In this document: positions 26,226 to 37,480 of the stretch, in pieces
Layout: each line of letters begins with the position of its first letter
Position numbering within the stretch: the stretch's first letter is position 1
Assembly: GCF_031769215.1 (NCBI RefSeq)
Contig: NW_026782527.1
Location: 248,001-312,000 of the forward strand
DNA length: 64,000 bases
Origin: Ylistrum balloti
Lineage: Eukaryota
Direction: 5' to 3'
Program-made: the position numbers and the translations under genes
The notes under the pieces: model-generated
Told to the model about the DNA's origin: nothing
Databases searched by the model: none
Seen by the model: only the letters and a program-made list of their open reading frames with translations

Positions 26226-27150
26226 TAGAATAAGTGACATGTCTTGTTAATATGCCCACACCCCGAAGTTGCTATTTAGAAACATTTTAAACCAGCACTT
26301 TATTACTATTCTGTAAGAGGGCACTCCCAGAGACTTTGAATCAGAAATAACATACATGTATTGGCTTGCCATGCTTTATACAGGACTACTACAGTAAATG
26401 GTTTTTGTTTTCAATACATTTTCCTGCAATGTAGAAATAAAACGTGTGCTATTTAGCCATTTCATTGTTGATCTTCAGTGCAATGCTCTTGTAATTAAAA
26501 GTTTTATAAAGAGCTAATGGGATATGTTGTGTTTAGGTTCACCTTTTGTAGTAGTCAACTCTTTGAAGTACATGTACCATCAGCCTGAAATATTGTGCTA
26601 TAAATGGCCATGTCGGTTTTTGGCCTACTGTGTCTGGAGGCGGCTGAACTCAGCTCAGCTGTTTATTCATTTTAAGGCATACACAAGGCTATAGTGTTGT
26701 TATTGTGTACTTAATTATGACAGATTCTTGTTTGAATATTTATAACATTTAATTACATTGAAATATCAAACATTCAAAAGGTTGCTTCAGACTGATAAAA
26801 TCTGCATGGATGATTATAACATGACTTTGCTATAATGTCAGTTGTTGACAAATTCTAGTTAACATGCAAAAGTTGGACATTGTTCAAAAAGGACTCTTCA
26901 AAATGAGAGAACATCTCTTGTGATATTGATGTAATTGGGCTATTTTGAAACTATTTGGAAATAAACATAGGAGAGTTAACTAAAACTGCTTCTTGTGGTT
27001 GAAGGGGTTTGGGGGTGGTTGAGGGGGGCAAAGATATTTGATTCCTGGTCCAAGTTACTCGAGGCTTGGTCAGAGATAATTAGAGGTTAGTGAAAATTTA
27101 CAAATGTGAATTAAACAAAATTGATAACATTCTTTATCCTTTCCTGACAG

Positions 27151-27456
27151 CCCAAGACATGTTGAGACAACAATTTGGCCCTTTTTCCCAATAAAGGTGC
27201 AGAATTAAAAGGCTGTACAAAAGACACCTTTGATGAACACCTTTTAATAACTTGGAGTTAGATAAAGTAGAGCCAAACAATTGATTAAACTGCATCATAC
27301 AGCTGTTCCATCCTTCTAGACTTAAATTTTGAAGACTAAGAGGCGACTGAGGAAAATCCAAAGTGATCAAAAGAAAAGTAGAAATTTCGAAGGGGAGCTG
27401 CAGCAGCCCCAGAATTAAAATGAATTTTGTAACTTTCATCAGATAAAACTGGAAAG
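27151..27456 (+). other. Candidate TULP4 5'UTR exon
   Basis: Strong acceptor TTCTTTATCCTTTCCTGACAG| at 27150; possible donor AAG|GTGTGC at 27456; stops in all three frames; 460 bp upstream of the ATG-containing exon. Confidence 0.4.
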
Positions 27457-27999
27457 GTGTGCTAATGTAAAACATATGAAGTATGAAATGTATTTTATGC
27501 ATTACATGGCAAACTTGACATTGTTTGGAAATTAACAAGCAAATGTGTGGGCAAAATGACGCGTGGTGACTTCCTGACTCTTCTTGAATTTACCTGTTGA
27601 CTTAGTTGTTTACTTATTGATATAAAATAGCACCATAAAAATGTTCAGATATACCAAACTAAAGTGGTCGCTTTCTGTTATCATACATTATGGAGTAATC
27701 ATTAAAATTAAATGAGAATCAATAAACATGGAATTGAACAGTGATGACTTCAATCTGAAAGATACATGATGACACTTAGTGACTGTCATGAAAGGAAGCT
27801 GAATCCATTTGAGTGAAAAAAACTGGAACAGGTCCCAGTGCACCATAAAATACTTCTTCAAATTTTTAGTGTTAAATTATCTTATTTTCGTGACATGTTG
27901 TTTTCATTTTACAGAAAAAATGGGAAGATGGCATTATCAAAATGTGAGTTCTGAGGCTCTGCCATAAAGTAGAGTACTTGGTGGAGGTTTCCGGCCATC

Positions 28000-28260
28000 A
28001 TGCATGTGCATTTTGAACAAAACACTTCCACAAGATCGGAATGTACCATCCACACTCTGTCCTGGATGGGAAAAGTTCCAGAAAGTCTTCCAGAGGAGGA
28101 TGGAGGCTGGAAATTGAATCGTAGTCAATATTATTCAGAGGGGTGGCTGGCAAGTGGAAACGCCAAAGGAATTGTGGGAATAACTTTCACTACCAGTCAT
28201 TGTCGAAAATATGATGCACCACAGAGGTCAAATTTCAACTTGAGAGGTCATAGAAGTGAG
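28000..28260 (+). CDS. TULP4: TULP4 (tubby-related protein 4 / Tusp) first coding exon; exon spans 27915-28260
   Basis: Acceptor tttcattttacag| at 27914, ATG at 28000 (A at -3), phase-0 donor GAG|GTAAGT at 28260. The translation ...TLSWMGKVP...YYSEGWLASGNAKGIVGITFTTSHC...PQRSNFNLRGHRSE matches recalled human TULP4 ...CLSWKGRVP...YYEEGWLATGNGRGVVGVTFTSSHC...PQRINFNLRGHNSE. Confidence 0.95.
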
Positions 28261-29010
28261 GTAAGTGCTAACATTGTGCAATATTACTATGGTGTTGACA
28301 TTTAAAATGTTTGGTGAACTTACTGTTTAAAATTGTGATGTGATCAAAATTTTCTCAAAGTTGTTCAGACCAAAAATTTATTTTGAACTTTTGCTGGAGT
28401 TAAAATTTTTTTTTTAACGGATACTGGTTTTAAGATTAAAATCTATGACCTACAAGTATATCTTTTAAGATAGTGTCAAGTGAAAAAAGTTACAAACCTT
28501 TGTGAGGTATTGCTGTGACAGTATAGAATGCAGCATTTGGATATGAAAAATTCTCATCAAACAAAATCACAAAATGTAAAATTAGATGTACATTTATATA
28601 CCATATTGTATGTATTAGGGATTTATCTTTCAGTGGAATTGCTTAAAGCACCTTGTGAAAACAAGTCTCTTGTCACTTTCATGTGAAGATATGTCAAGTG
28701 GGATTAATACTATTGGAAGGCATAATAGTGTACAGAATGCATTTTGGTTAGAATCTCTGTTTAGTGATTTGTGGCTGTACACCATTGTAGGTCTGATTTA
28801 AAGAGATTCTTAGAATTTTTGTCCTGTTTTTACCACTTCCTCATGACTGGCAATTTTTTTTGGCTTCAAGATTCATAACAGATTTCTAATGTTTCAATGT
28901 GGAATTGAGATGAAGATTTTCTTAAAGAGAGATGCTACATGTACATCTCTGTGACTTGCTGAAGTTTATCTCCTTTACCGAAGAGCTACAAAGATATCTT
29001 TCAAATGTAT

Positions 29011-29160
29011 TTTTAGGTCATCTGACAGAAGAGTCTGTTCACCTTTTGTCCGGCGTCGTCCGTCGTAAACATTTTCAACTTCTTCTCAAGTTCTACATGT
29101 CTCATTGAGCTGAAACTTACCTGAAATGATCGTAACATGACCCTGACCAATTTTGAAATC
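29011..29160 (+). mobile_element. 5' fragment of a HINE-like element
   Basis: TTTTTAGGTCATCTGAC start, CGGCGTCGTCCGTCG microsatellite, then the start of a core unit (TTTTCAACTTCTTCTC). Confidence 0.7.
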
Positions 29161-29509
29161 TTGTATTTTATGTCAGATGATGATTAAGGCCCATGTTTTA
29201 ATTATGATTAGGGCTTGTTATATTATGTTGGACTAGCATTTTATTGAATTGATGACATATGTTATGATCTATCTAGAATAGTGTTTTAGATATATGATTA
29301 GTTTATTTTGAGAGTGGATGGGTGTGTAGGCTCTGATATTGAATATTTTTTCTGCAGTTGATTCAATATCTATTGATGTACCCAATCTGAAAATTTTCCA
29401 GAGATGCAGGTTAATGTTAATTATGGGGGAGTTTTATAGTCGTCATAAAAACCTAATTGAGAAACGTTATATTTCTTTTTTTGCATTATGAAGCTGATCT
29501 TGCTTGATT

Positions 29510-29670
29510 CTGGTTAGTATGCCTGTTGGTTCTGTCGTATACTTTTTACCCATTTGTGAACTTGACATTACTTATGTGGATTGACAAAGATTTACATGTT
29601 GGATGTTGCTGATGAAGCAGAAGACACTTATCCTTCCAGAACACCGGGTCTCATTCTCAATGTTTTCTTT
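29510..29670 (+). repeat. Dispersed repeat, copy 1 (family unassigned)
   Basis: TGACATTACTT...GATGAAGCAGAAGACACTTATCCTTCCAGAACACCGGGTCTCATTCTC aligns by eye with the reverse complement of 62240-62445. Confidence 0.65.
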
Positions 29671-30789
29671 TTAGGATCACTTGATGTAGATATTGGTTTG
29701 TTAATGATTTTTGTGCAAAATAATTTACTTGACCTAATTTGATATTGGGTCAAGATGGTTCATATTTCCTGTATATGTACTGATACTTACCATGAGCGTT
29801 AGTCATAGGTAAAGAGTCATGCTCCATTAATGCCTATAATATACCAGTTCATGTGTTAAGTAGATGTGCTGATAGTAAATATTGATTTATAGCAATTTTG
29901 TAAATCAATAAGTTATTAATGATTTTATTAAAGTCAATGAGCATTTCAAGTTTATATTCGAATGGAAACATTTAAAAAAAAATTCTTCAAATATTTTTGT
30001 TGACTTACAAATATGAACCTTTTTTAAAGGTATCAGAATTGATGATTTTTTTCCCCAAGAAAATTAGTTGGTCTTACATCACCAACTCGCAACATTACAA
30101 CTTGACTCATCTTGTCAGTTTGTTATGTAGTGGGAGAACTAAAAATAACGTCCACGATAATGATTCTTTAAAGATGTTTGTTTTTGAAATTAAGAGTTTT
30201 TTCTCGTTTGCTAAAAATCCTCATATTGATTTTTGTGACGTGATCCTGTCAGTTGTGGCCTTCACTAAGTTCCAATCAGACGATTAGATACTACTGTCTC
30301 TCCCACCAAAGTATCGGGCCTCTAATATTGCCACAAATACCGCAAAGATGATAATTTAGTTTGAAAAAAGCAATTTTACCAGACGACTTTTAGTCAAAAT
30401 CAATTGTCGAAAAATCTTCCTTTTTTTCAATTAACAATTCCATTAGAATGTCTTTCTTCTTCAATTTTATCAAAAAGTAAATCCAATGAAAAGTGCTTTC
30501 CGAGCCTGTGTCAAAACAGTTTCATTGAATTCATTGACAAACAAGTTTATTGAAACTTTTTCTAATTTCATTTAAGAAAACCTGTTTTTACAAATCATAG
30601 AAAAAAAACAAACAAAAAAACAAAAAAAATGTGTTGAAAATTTTTTTTGCTCCTTTTAAAATACAATTTGTTAAAATTATGCTAAATATAGCTACCTTAT
30701 TTTTGGCCAAAAGCAATTGCTGGGAAAATTTCAAATGGTTCCGGTTAACAATAATTACCTTTTCAAAATGCTGTTGAAAGGTCAGCATA

Positions 30790-31268
30790 TTTTTAGGTCA
30801 TCTGACCTGAAAGATGAGGATGACCTATAGCCATCGTGTTTCACTCATCGTCGTGTGTTGTGCATAAATTTTCCATTTAAATGACTTCTCAATAATCAGA
30901 TGGCTCAGGGTACTGATATTAGGCCTGTAGCATGATGGGATGAAGGGCTACCAAATTTGTTGATATGAATGACCTTGACATACTTTCAAGGCCAAGGGGT
31001 CAAATATGTTAAAATCTTTAAACGATTTCTTCTCAATAACCAAAAGGCTCAGGATGCTTATTAGGGCTTGCAGCATACTTGGATTTAGGGCTACCAAGTT
31101 TGTTGATATAAATGACCTTGACCCACTTTCAATGTCACAGATGTCAAATATGTTAATATGTCTTGATGAACCAGCCAGTGTGTTGCTATGTAAGCTGTTG
31201 TGTAGTTGAGCAATTTTTCATATAGAAGTATTTATAGTAAGATGACCCTCAAGGCCTGTGGGCATGTT
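30790..31268 (+). mobile_element. Near-complete HINE-like element
   Basis: T-rich insertion site; 5' stem-loop AGGTCATC...GATGACCT; degenerate (CGT)/(GT) leader; two ~140-bp core units; 3' subTIR AGATGACC (31240-31247, complementary to GGTCATCT); 3' hairpin AGGCCTGTGGGCAT followed by TGTT. Confidence 0.8.
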
Positions 31269-33144
31269 GTTGTAGACAAATTCTAGAATTTAATTCATAA
31301 CAACAAACTGCATTGTATTAGCTGGTATTTTGAATATATTGTTCACCAGGTTGATACAAGACTATTGAGCTGTGATGGGTCTGATATACTGTGGTATCTG
31401 GTATCTGTATATCGGGATGGTTGCAAACCCTTTTATCAAAGTTGCCCTGACTTTTTTTTTTTTAATTCCTGGCTAAGAAGATGTTTGATATTAAAGTTAA
31501 GTGTTTTCACACCAAATTATATGAATGATTTTGAGAAGCTTGAAATCAAATGCAGTATGACGGAGTTGTCCCTCTTGTCTTCTTCCTTGAGAGTAGAATG
31601 CCAAACTGGGGTTGTGTTTTTTCTGTTTTACAGAGAAACCCTATTGTTATGATATTGTCTTACCAAAATTAAAATATTATAATAACTAGTATAATTTTAC
31701 CTGGCCCCTGTGATTGTCAAAACCATTTTACTGTGTGAAAAGCCACAACAATCATGTGAAAATCATATGTTCCAGAGGTTTTGCTACCTAAGCATCTTTT
31801 TACAAATGAAGTTACGTAATATTCCTATTTGATTTGATAAATCTTTTATCCTCCGTAAGTGTATTGATATAAATGAAAATATCATATATTGCAAATAAAT
31901 CATTACGCAAATGTAAATATGAGAAAGCTATGCACATCGACCTATTTCTGGCAACATGCTGTTGCAGCATGAACACAAGACGAAAGACTGAATTTCTGGT
32001 GGAATAGCAGTCATTGTAGGGTAATTGAAAACACGAAGATGCTTACATCAAAATCCATGAGTATTTACAAAATTACAAGAAACGTCATACCAAATTGGTA
32101 GAAAATGGATAGTAGAAAAAAGTTTGAAGTCTGTATACGCTTTTGAAATTCTTTACTGTTCGAATTGTTGAGGCTGAATAAGAAGCCTTGTTTATGTAAT
32201 CGTACTGACTGTGGAGACTTTGGTGGAGTTTTGGTTGCATGCATTGCCACAGGTAAGTGACTTCATCTCCATCAAATGTTTACCAACAGCCAGCGATGAA
32301 ATTTACATGTAACAGGTGCCCCTGTTTGGCTACCTCAGGGTGCCTCAATGAGAATTATTGGATAATTAGTGTCATAAGAAATAGCCCAGGTGTCAAATAT
32401 GGACATTTGTCTGATTAATGATAGCCGACGAAAATCAATTTTGAGCAGAAAAAATATGATAATAACCATTATCCCATGTCACACTCTATCACAATATATA
32501 ATTTTCTGTGCTTAATATAAAGGGAATGTTCTGTACATTGAAAAATATCATAATAAGTGGGATATCATAATTTCTAATATCTTAATCAGTAGAATCCACT
32601 GTTATTGCTGCTGTTTCTGTAATAGTTTGTGATTTTTAATACTATGTCTGAGCACCATGTAAGATTTGTTTTATCTTTACAACCAGTATAGCCTTTCAGC
32701 TACACACTTTTGTCAGATATTTTTTTCAGTCACAAAAATTATCATAAATGATTTTGACAAAGACAATATCTATAACCATCTTTTAGCTGTTAAGATTTTA
32801 CCATTTGGGTTGAAAATTTCTTCTCTGTCACTTGAGTTTTTCATAAATGATTTTGTTTGAAGATGTAGAATGGTGTAATAAATATTTAAGCTGTCGTCAG
32901 GAAATGGTATTTTTCAACCATCAAACTTGCCATGAAAGTTACAAATTTTTGTCACCAAATCAAAAACTAGCAGCTATCTATTTATTGTGCTGTAACATTG
33001 GCAAGCAATAAATCCTACCTCTATAACATGTCTTCATTCACACTTCAGATAGATTAATTATCTTTGTGATATTATCAGTTGCCCACTCAGACTTATTATA
33101 TTTCTAAAAGAATGTTTACAAAGAACTTGCTTTTAGTGTTATGA

Positions 33145-33385
33145 GATTATACAGGGGTATATGGTGACCACTTTGTCTGTGTGTCTGTGTATGATCAGTT
33201 CCTATATGTGTACATCCATGATAGTCTTCTGAACAAGATATCTCGTAAACCTATGGACAGAGATGTAGTTCTTATTCACATCATACCACCAAAGTCTATA
33301 TCTGATCAGATTTTGGTCAAGGTTAAAGGTCACCCTTAACCAATTTGACCCGGGGGGCCGGGTTTTATCAGTATGAGCCCTTGTT
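33145..33385 (+). mobile_element. Short HINE-like element
   Basis: (GTCT/GTGT) leader, GGTCAAGGTTAAAGGTCA core motif and a GC-rich 3' hairpin CCCGGGGGGCCGGG. Confidence 0.5.
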
Positions 33386-34049
33386 AGCTGTTTTCAAGGA
33401 TGGGATGTTGAAAAAATTGATACCTGAAAATCAGATAATTAAATCTCATGAAAACCATGGTCTGTTTCCTATGATGTCATTGAATATTATCTCCCTTTTT
33501 GCAAGTTTTTTGTAAAAAAAAAATCAAGCGAAAAATTAAAAACCACTATAGTTAGAGGCTATTCTATAGAATTGATTACTTGAAGTTATTTACAGATTAA
33601 AAATAATTTTCTTCCTTTTTTTGTTTAATTGCAGTGTGTGTGATTTGAGGAATGCAGCAAAAACTATAAAAATGTTTGCTGCTGTTAAACTGCCAATTAA
33701 ATTCTTTAATGAGGAATTGTTGGTGCCATTACTGATTGTAATTATCAGAATTGAAGAAAACCAAGTGAACAGTTTCATTGGATTGTGAGTGGTTTGTTCA
33801 CAGCTGATAACTGTCTAAACTCAGTATGGCTTTGCTTCATCAAACACTAAAATTTAACCTTCTTAGTAGAAATGATTTTTTTGTTGAATTTTATTGTAAT
33901 ATATTTAAACTTTTATAACTCTTTGTTTAATGTTGTACAATTTTGACTTAAGGGTGTTTGCTACAACATTTATATCCCGTATATTTTTTTTCTCTTGTAA
34001 CATCTAATTTCGACTAAATTGTTCAAGTATTTTATCATCTTGGCAGGCA

Positions 34050-34880
34050 TTTGCTTTATCTGGTGAGGACTATTGAGAATCTGTTCAATTTATCGATCAG
34101 AGAGATTCAGTCTAGTTTATCTGAGAGATTCAGTTAAATTTATCAGTCAGAGAGAATCTGTTCAATTTATTGGTCAGCAAGAATCTGTTCTATTGATCTA
34201 TCAGAGAATTTATTCAATTTATCCATCAGATAGAATCTGTTTAATTTATCAATTAGAGAGATTCTGTTTACTTTATCTGTTAGAGGGAATCTGTTCTATT
34301 GACTTATCAGAGAGAATTTGTGTTCAATTTATTGATCAGAGAGAATCTATTCAATTAATTGGTAAGGGAGAATAAGTTCAAATTATCTGAGAATCTGTTT
34401 AATTTCTCAGTTATACAGAATCTGTTCAATTTATCAATCAGGGAGAACCTGTTCAATCTATTGATAAGAGACAATCTTTTCAATTTTTCAGTGAGTATCT
34501 GTTCAATTTTTCAACTTACTTACCAGAGAAAATCAGTTCAGTTTGATTATCAGAAATAATCTGTTCTATTTATCTCTCGGAGAGATTCTGTTCTTTTTAT
34601 CCATCAGAAATAATCTGTTTTATTTATCGGAGAGAGTTCTTTTTATCCATCAGAAATAATCTTTTATTTATCTCATCAGAAATAATCTGTTCTATTTATC
34701 TCTGTTCTTTTTATCCATCAGAAATAATCTGTTCTATTTATCTCTCGGAGAGATTCTGTTCTTTTTATCCATCAGAAATAATCTGTTCTATTTATCTCTC
34801 GGAGAGATTCTGTTCATTTTATCCATCAGAAATAATCTGTTTAATTTATCCATTAGAGAACCTGCTCAATCTATGAGAAT
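34050..34880. repeat. Degenerate AGAGAATCTGTTCAATTTATC (~21 bp) satellite, left arm
   Basis: Dozens of diverged units; near-identical dimers (CAGAAATAATCTGTTCTATTTATCTCTCGGAGAGATTCTGTTC...) at 34550-34850. Confidence 0.9.
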
Positions 34881-34974
34881 TTTTTTTCTGACTAGATATT
34901 TTTCTCATCTATATTTGTACATATGTTTATGTTTTAAGTACCTCTGTATGGAATCTGTTCTCTCCTGACTGCTC

Positions 34975-35610
34975 TGACCTGGCCATTTGGATGAAATCAA
35001 ATACAATTTGTGAACTCTGAAGACCACCAACTTACCTAGAAAATATATTGGAAACTTTCAACACCCTGCACTCTTCTTATTCCACACTTCATTTCAAACA
35101 AACTGTTTTCAACCAATTTCTGCTCTACATTCTTCAAAGTCAATAAATGACATGAAATGAATTATAATTTTTATTCAACAAGATGAGACAGATCATTTGA
35201 TATTGTTCTACAGCTTTACCAAAGAAACCAAATTTAACGCTACCATCTTTAACAGGCTTCATCCTGTAATCACCTACCACATCCTAATGTCATTGTGCTG
35301 AACAATTCCCCTGGCTAGAATACCCGTATTAGCAGGAAACCCTATACAATTTTCTGATGCAAGGATCATTTCTTCTTTGGGGATATTCTTTCATGAACAT
35401 TTTAGAATTTACTAGTTTTTCGTACAATAGCATGTTTATTACTAAATGGTTGTTTCAGTCATACCTCTTAGGCTTACTTCTAAGGACCTAGGCAATTGCC
35501 ATTCAACTGAAACTTGATTATTTGAACTATATGTTCACCCAACTCAATGTGCTATGTCCTATATATACATTCTTAAAACTCTTGTATTCTCAGATTTTAG
35601 ACCAATCACT
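34975..35610 (+). mobile_element. Highly decayed retroelement relic, possibly DIRS/Ngaro (tyrosine-recombinase) type
   Basis: Short peptide echoes in plausible order: WPFG* (RT LPFG-like, ~34980), NPIQFSDARIISSLGIFFHEHF (RNase H TDAS..G.G.FF-like, 35338-35403), FQSYLLG (~35453) and ILKTL..SD (~35569). Each echo is weak alone. Confidence 0.3.
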
Positions 35611-35793
35611 ATTGTGCTACTTCTGTGTTCAGTACACATGTACGTGGTGTTGATCTAAGTTATCTGGTAGCAGTCAATGAAAATAAGGAATTATGGGGCT
35701 AGTGCACCTATGTCCCTGTTAATATTTTTACCTTTCTTTCAACCACTTTTGATTTCCTCATTTGCCTTCCGGGCCTCAAAATTTAGGCCCTCA

Positions 35794-35835
35794 GCATCAC
35801 TGATGAGTCCTAGCAGGATGAAACAGCTGCAAGCT
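35794..35835 (+). ncRNA. Degenerate type I minimal hammerhead ribozyme motif
   Basis: GCATCA-CTGATGA-GTCCT/AGC/AGGAT-GAAA-C-AGCT-G: catalytic boxes CUGAUGA (35800-35806) and GAAA (35820-35823) flank a 5-bp stem II. The NUH triplet and the 3' strand of stem I are missing. Confidence 0.6.
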
Positions 35836-36079
35836 ACAATTTAATTCATTTTTTGGTTCTTCTCTATTGAAATTTGTAGTAAAAGGTACTGTTCACTTGT
35901 AATCACATGACTTCCATGGTAACTCCTAACTGTATGAACACCATCTAAGCTGTGCCCTCATGATGGTCTGACTAAATCTGAAACAAGTTGACTACCAGCT
36001 GTACATGTAGAAGAAAGTAGAATATACTGTTTGGAAACCATGGCTTCCAGAGTTGCTCCTCTTCTCTTTTTGAATCAGA

Positions 36080-36800
36080 AAAATCTGTTCTGTCTAACCA
36101 CCAAAGAATCTCTTCAACCCAGTAATCATAGAATCTGTTCAACCCAGTAATCAGAGAATCTCTTCAAACCAGTAATCAGAGAATCTGTTCAACTCAGTAA
36201 TCAGAGAATCTCTTCAACCCAGTAATCAGAGAATCTCTTCAACCCAGTAATCAGAGAATCTCTTCAACCCAGTAATCAGAGAATCTGTTCAACCCAGTAA
36301 TCAGAGAATCTCTTCAACCCAGTAATCAGAGAATCTCTTCAACCCAGTAATCAGAGAATCTCTTCAACCCAGTAATCAGAGAATCTCTTCAACCCAGTAA
36401 TCAGAGAATCTCTTCAACCCCTAAATCAGATAATCTGTTCAACATATAAATCAGAGAATCTCTTCAACCCCTAAATCAGAGAATCTCTTCAACCCCTAAA
36501 TCAGAGAATCTCTTCAACCCCTAAATCAGAGAATCTCTTCAACCCCTAATCTGAGAATCTCTTCAACCCCTAATCTGAGAATCTCTTCAACCCCTAATCA
36601 GAGAATCTCTTCAACCCCTAAATCAGAGAATCTCTTCAACCCCTAAATCAGAGAATCTCTTCAACCCCTAAATCAGGAAATCTCTTCAACCCCTAAATCA
36701 GAGAATCTCTTCAACCTATAAACCAGGAAATCTCTTCAACCCGTAAATTAGAGAATCTCTTCAACCCCTAATCAGAAAATCTCTTCAACGTATAAATCTG
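36080..36800. repeat. Homogeneous 24/25-bp minisatellite (same family as 34050-34880)
   Basis: CAGAGAATCTCTTCAACCCAGTAAT for about 13 copies, then variants ...CAACCCCTAAAT and ...CAACCCCTAAT. Confidence 0.97.
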
Positions 36801-36829
36801 AGATCTCTATATGTGCATTATCAACCTAT

Positions 36830-37215
36830 AAATAAGAGAATCTGTTCAATCAATTGCAGTTGATGCAGGAACCTTCTCAGTCTCTTTGATTGGTTCAATA
36901 TTCCTATCAGGTAATCTGCTCAATCTATAAATCAAAGAATCTCTGCAATTTATCAATCATAGAATCACGTTATTCTGTCAGCAAATCAATCAGAGAGTCT
37001 GTTCAATTTGTGAATCAGAGAATTTCTTCAATAAGCAAATTGATCAGAGAATCTGTTTATTTGTTCAATCTATCAGAGAATCTCTCTTCTATTTCTATCA
37101 GATAATTGATTAAATCTCAAAAAAATTGTTCTTAATTTTTCAGAAAATCTGCACAATTAGGGAATCTTATCACAGAATCTCTTTAGTAGATCAGAGAATC
37201 TCTTTAGTAAACTTC
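36830..37215. repeat. Degenerate AGAGAATCT satellite, right edge
   Basis: Scattered AGAGAATCTGTT/AGAATCTCT units. Confidence 0.75.
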
Positions 37216-37283
37216 ATCAGCTAGGGCCTTATATTTCACATACTTTATCACCTATAGGATTTCCTCTGTTGCATACTGAAAAT

Positions 37284-37480
37284 AAGTCACTTGCTTCGAA
37301 GGGTCAAGATGACCCATTGCTATCGTGCAGCGTCTGTTGTCATGCACCATGTTACATCAGTAGTGGTTGGCAAATAGTTCTGAAATTCAAAAAGTTGAAT
37401 CGACTTCTAGCAACCTGGGATTGTGGCCCTAAATGGGGGAGTTGGTCAATATTTTACTTCAAAACGCTACCCTTCCACCA
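37284..37480 (+). mobile_element. HINE-like fragment, same subfamily as 42889-43700
   Basis: GAAGGGTCAAGAT...ATTGCT...GTGCAGCG leader and AATTCAAAAAGTTGA core, both shared with the 42.9-kb copy. Confidence 0.6.

Noticed and set aside
27134-27538. 134-aa minus-strand ORF as a nested gene
   Set aside because: No recognisable homology or splice context; it overlaps a better-supported + strand UTR exon candidate.
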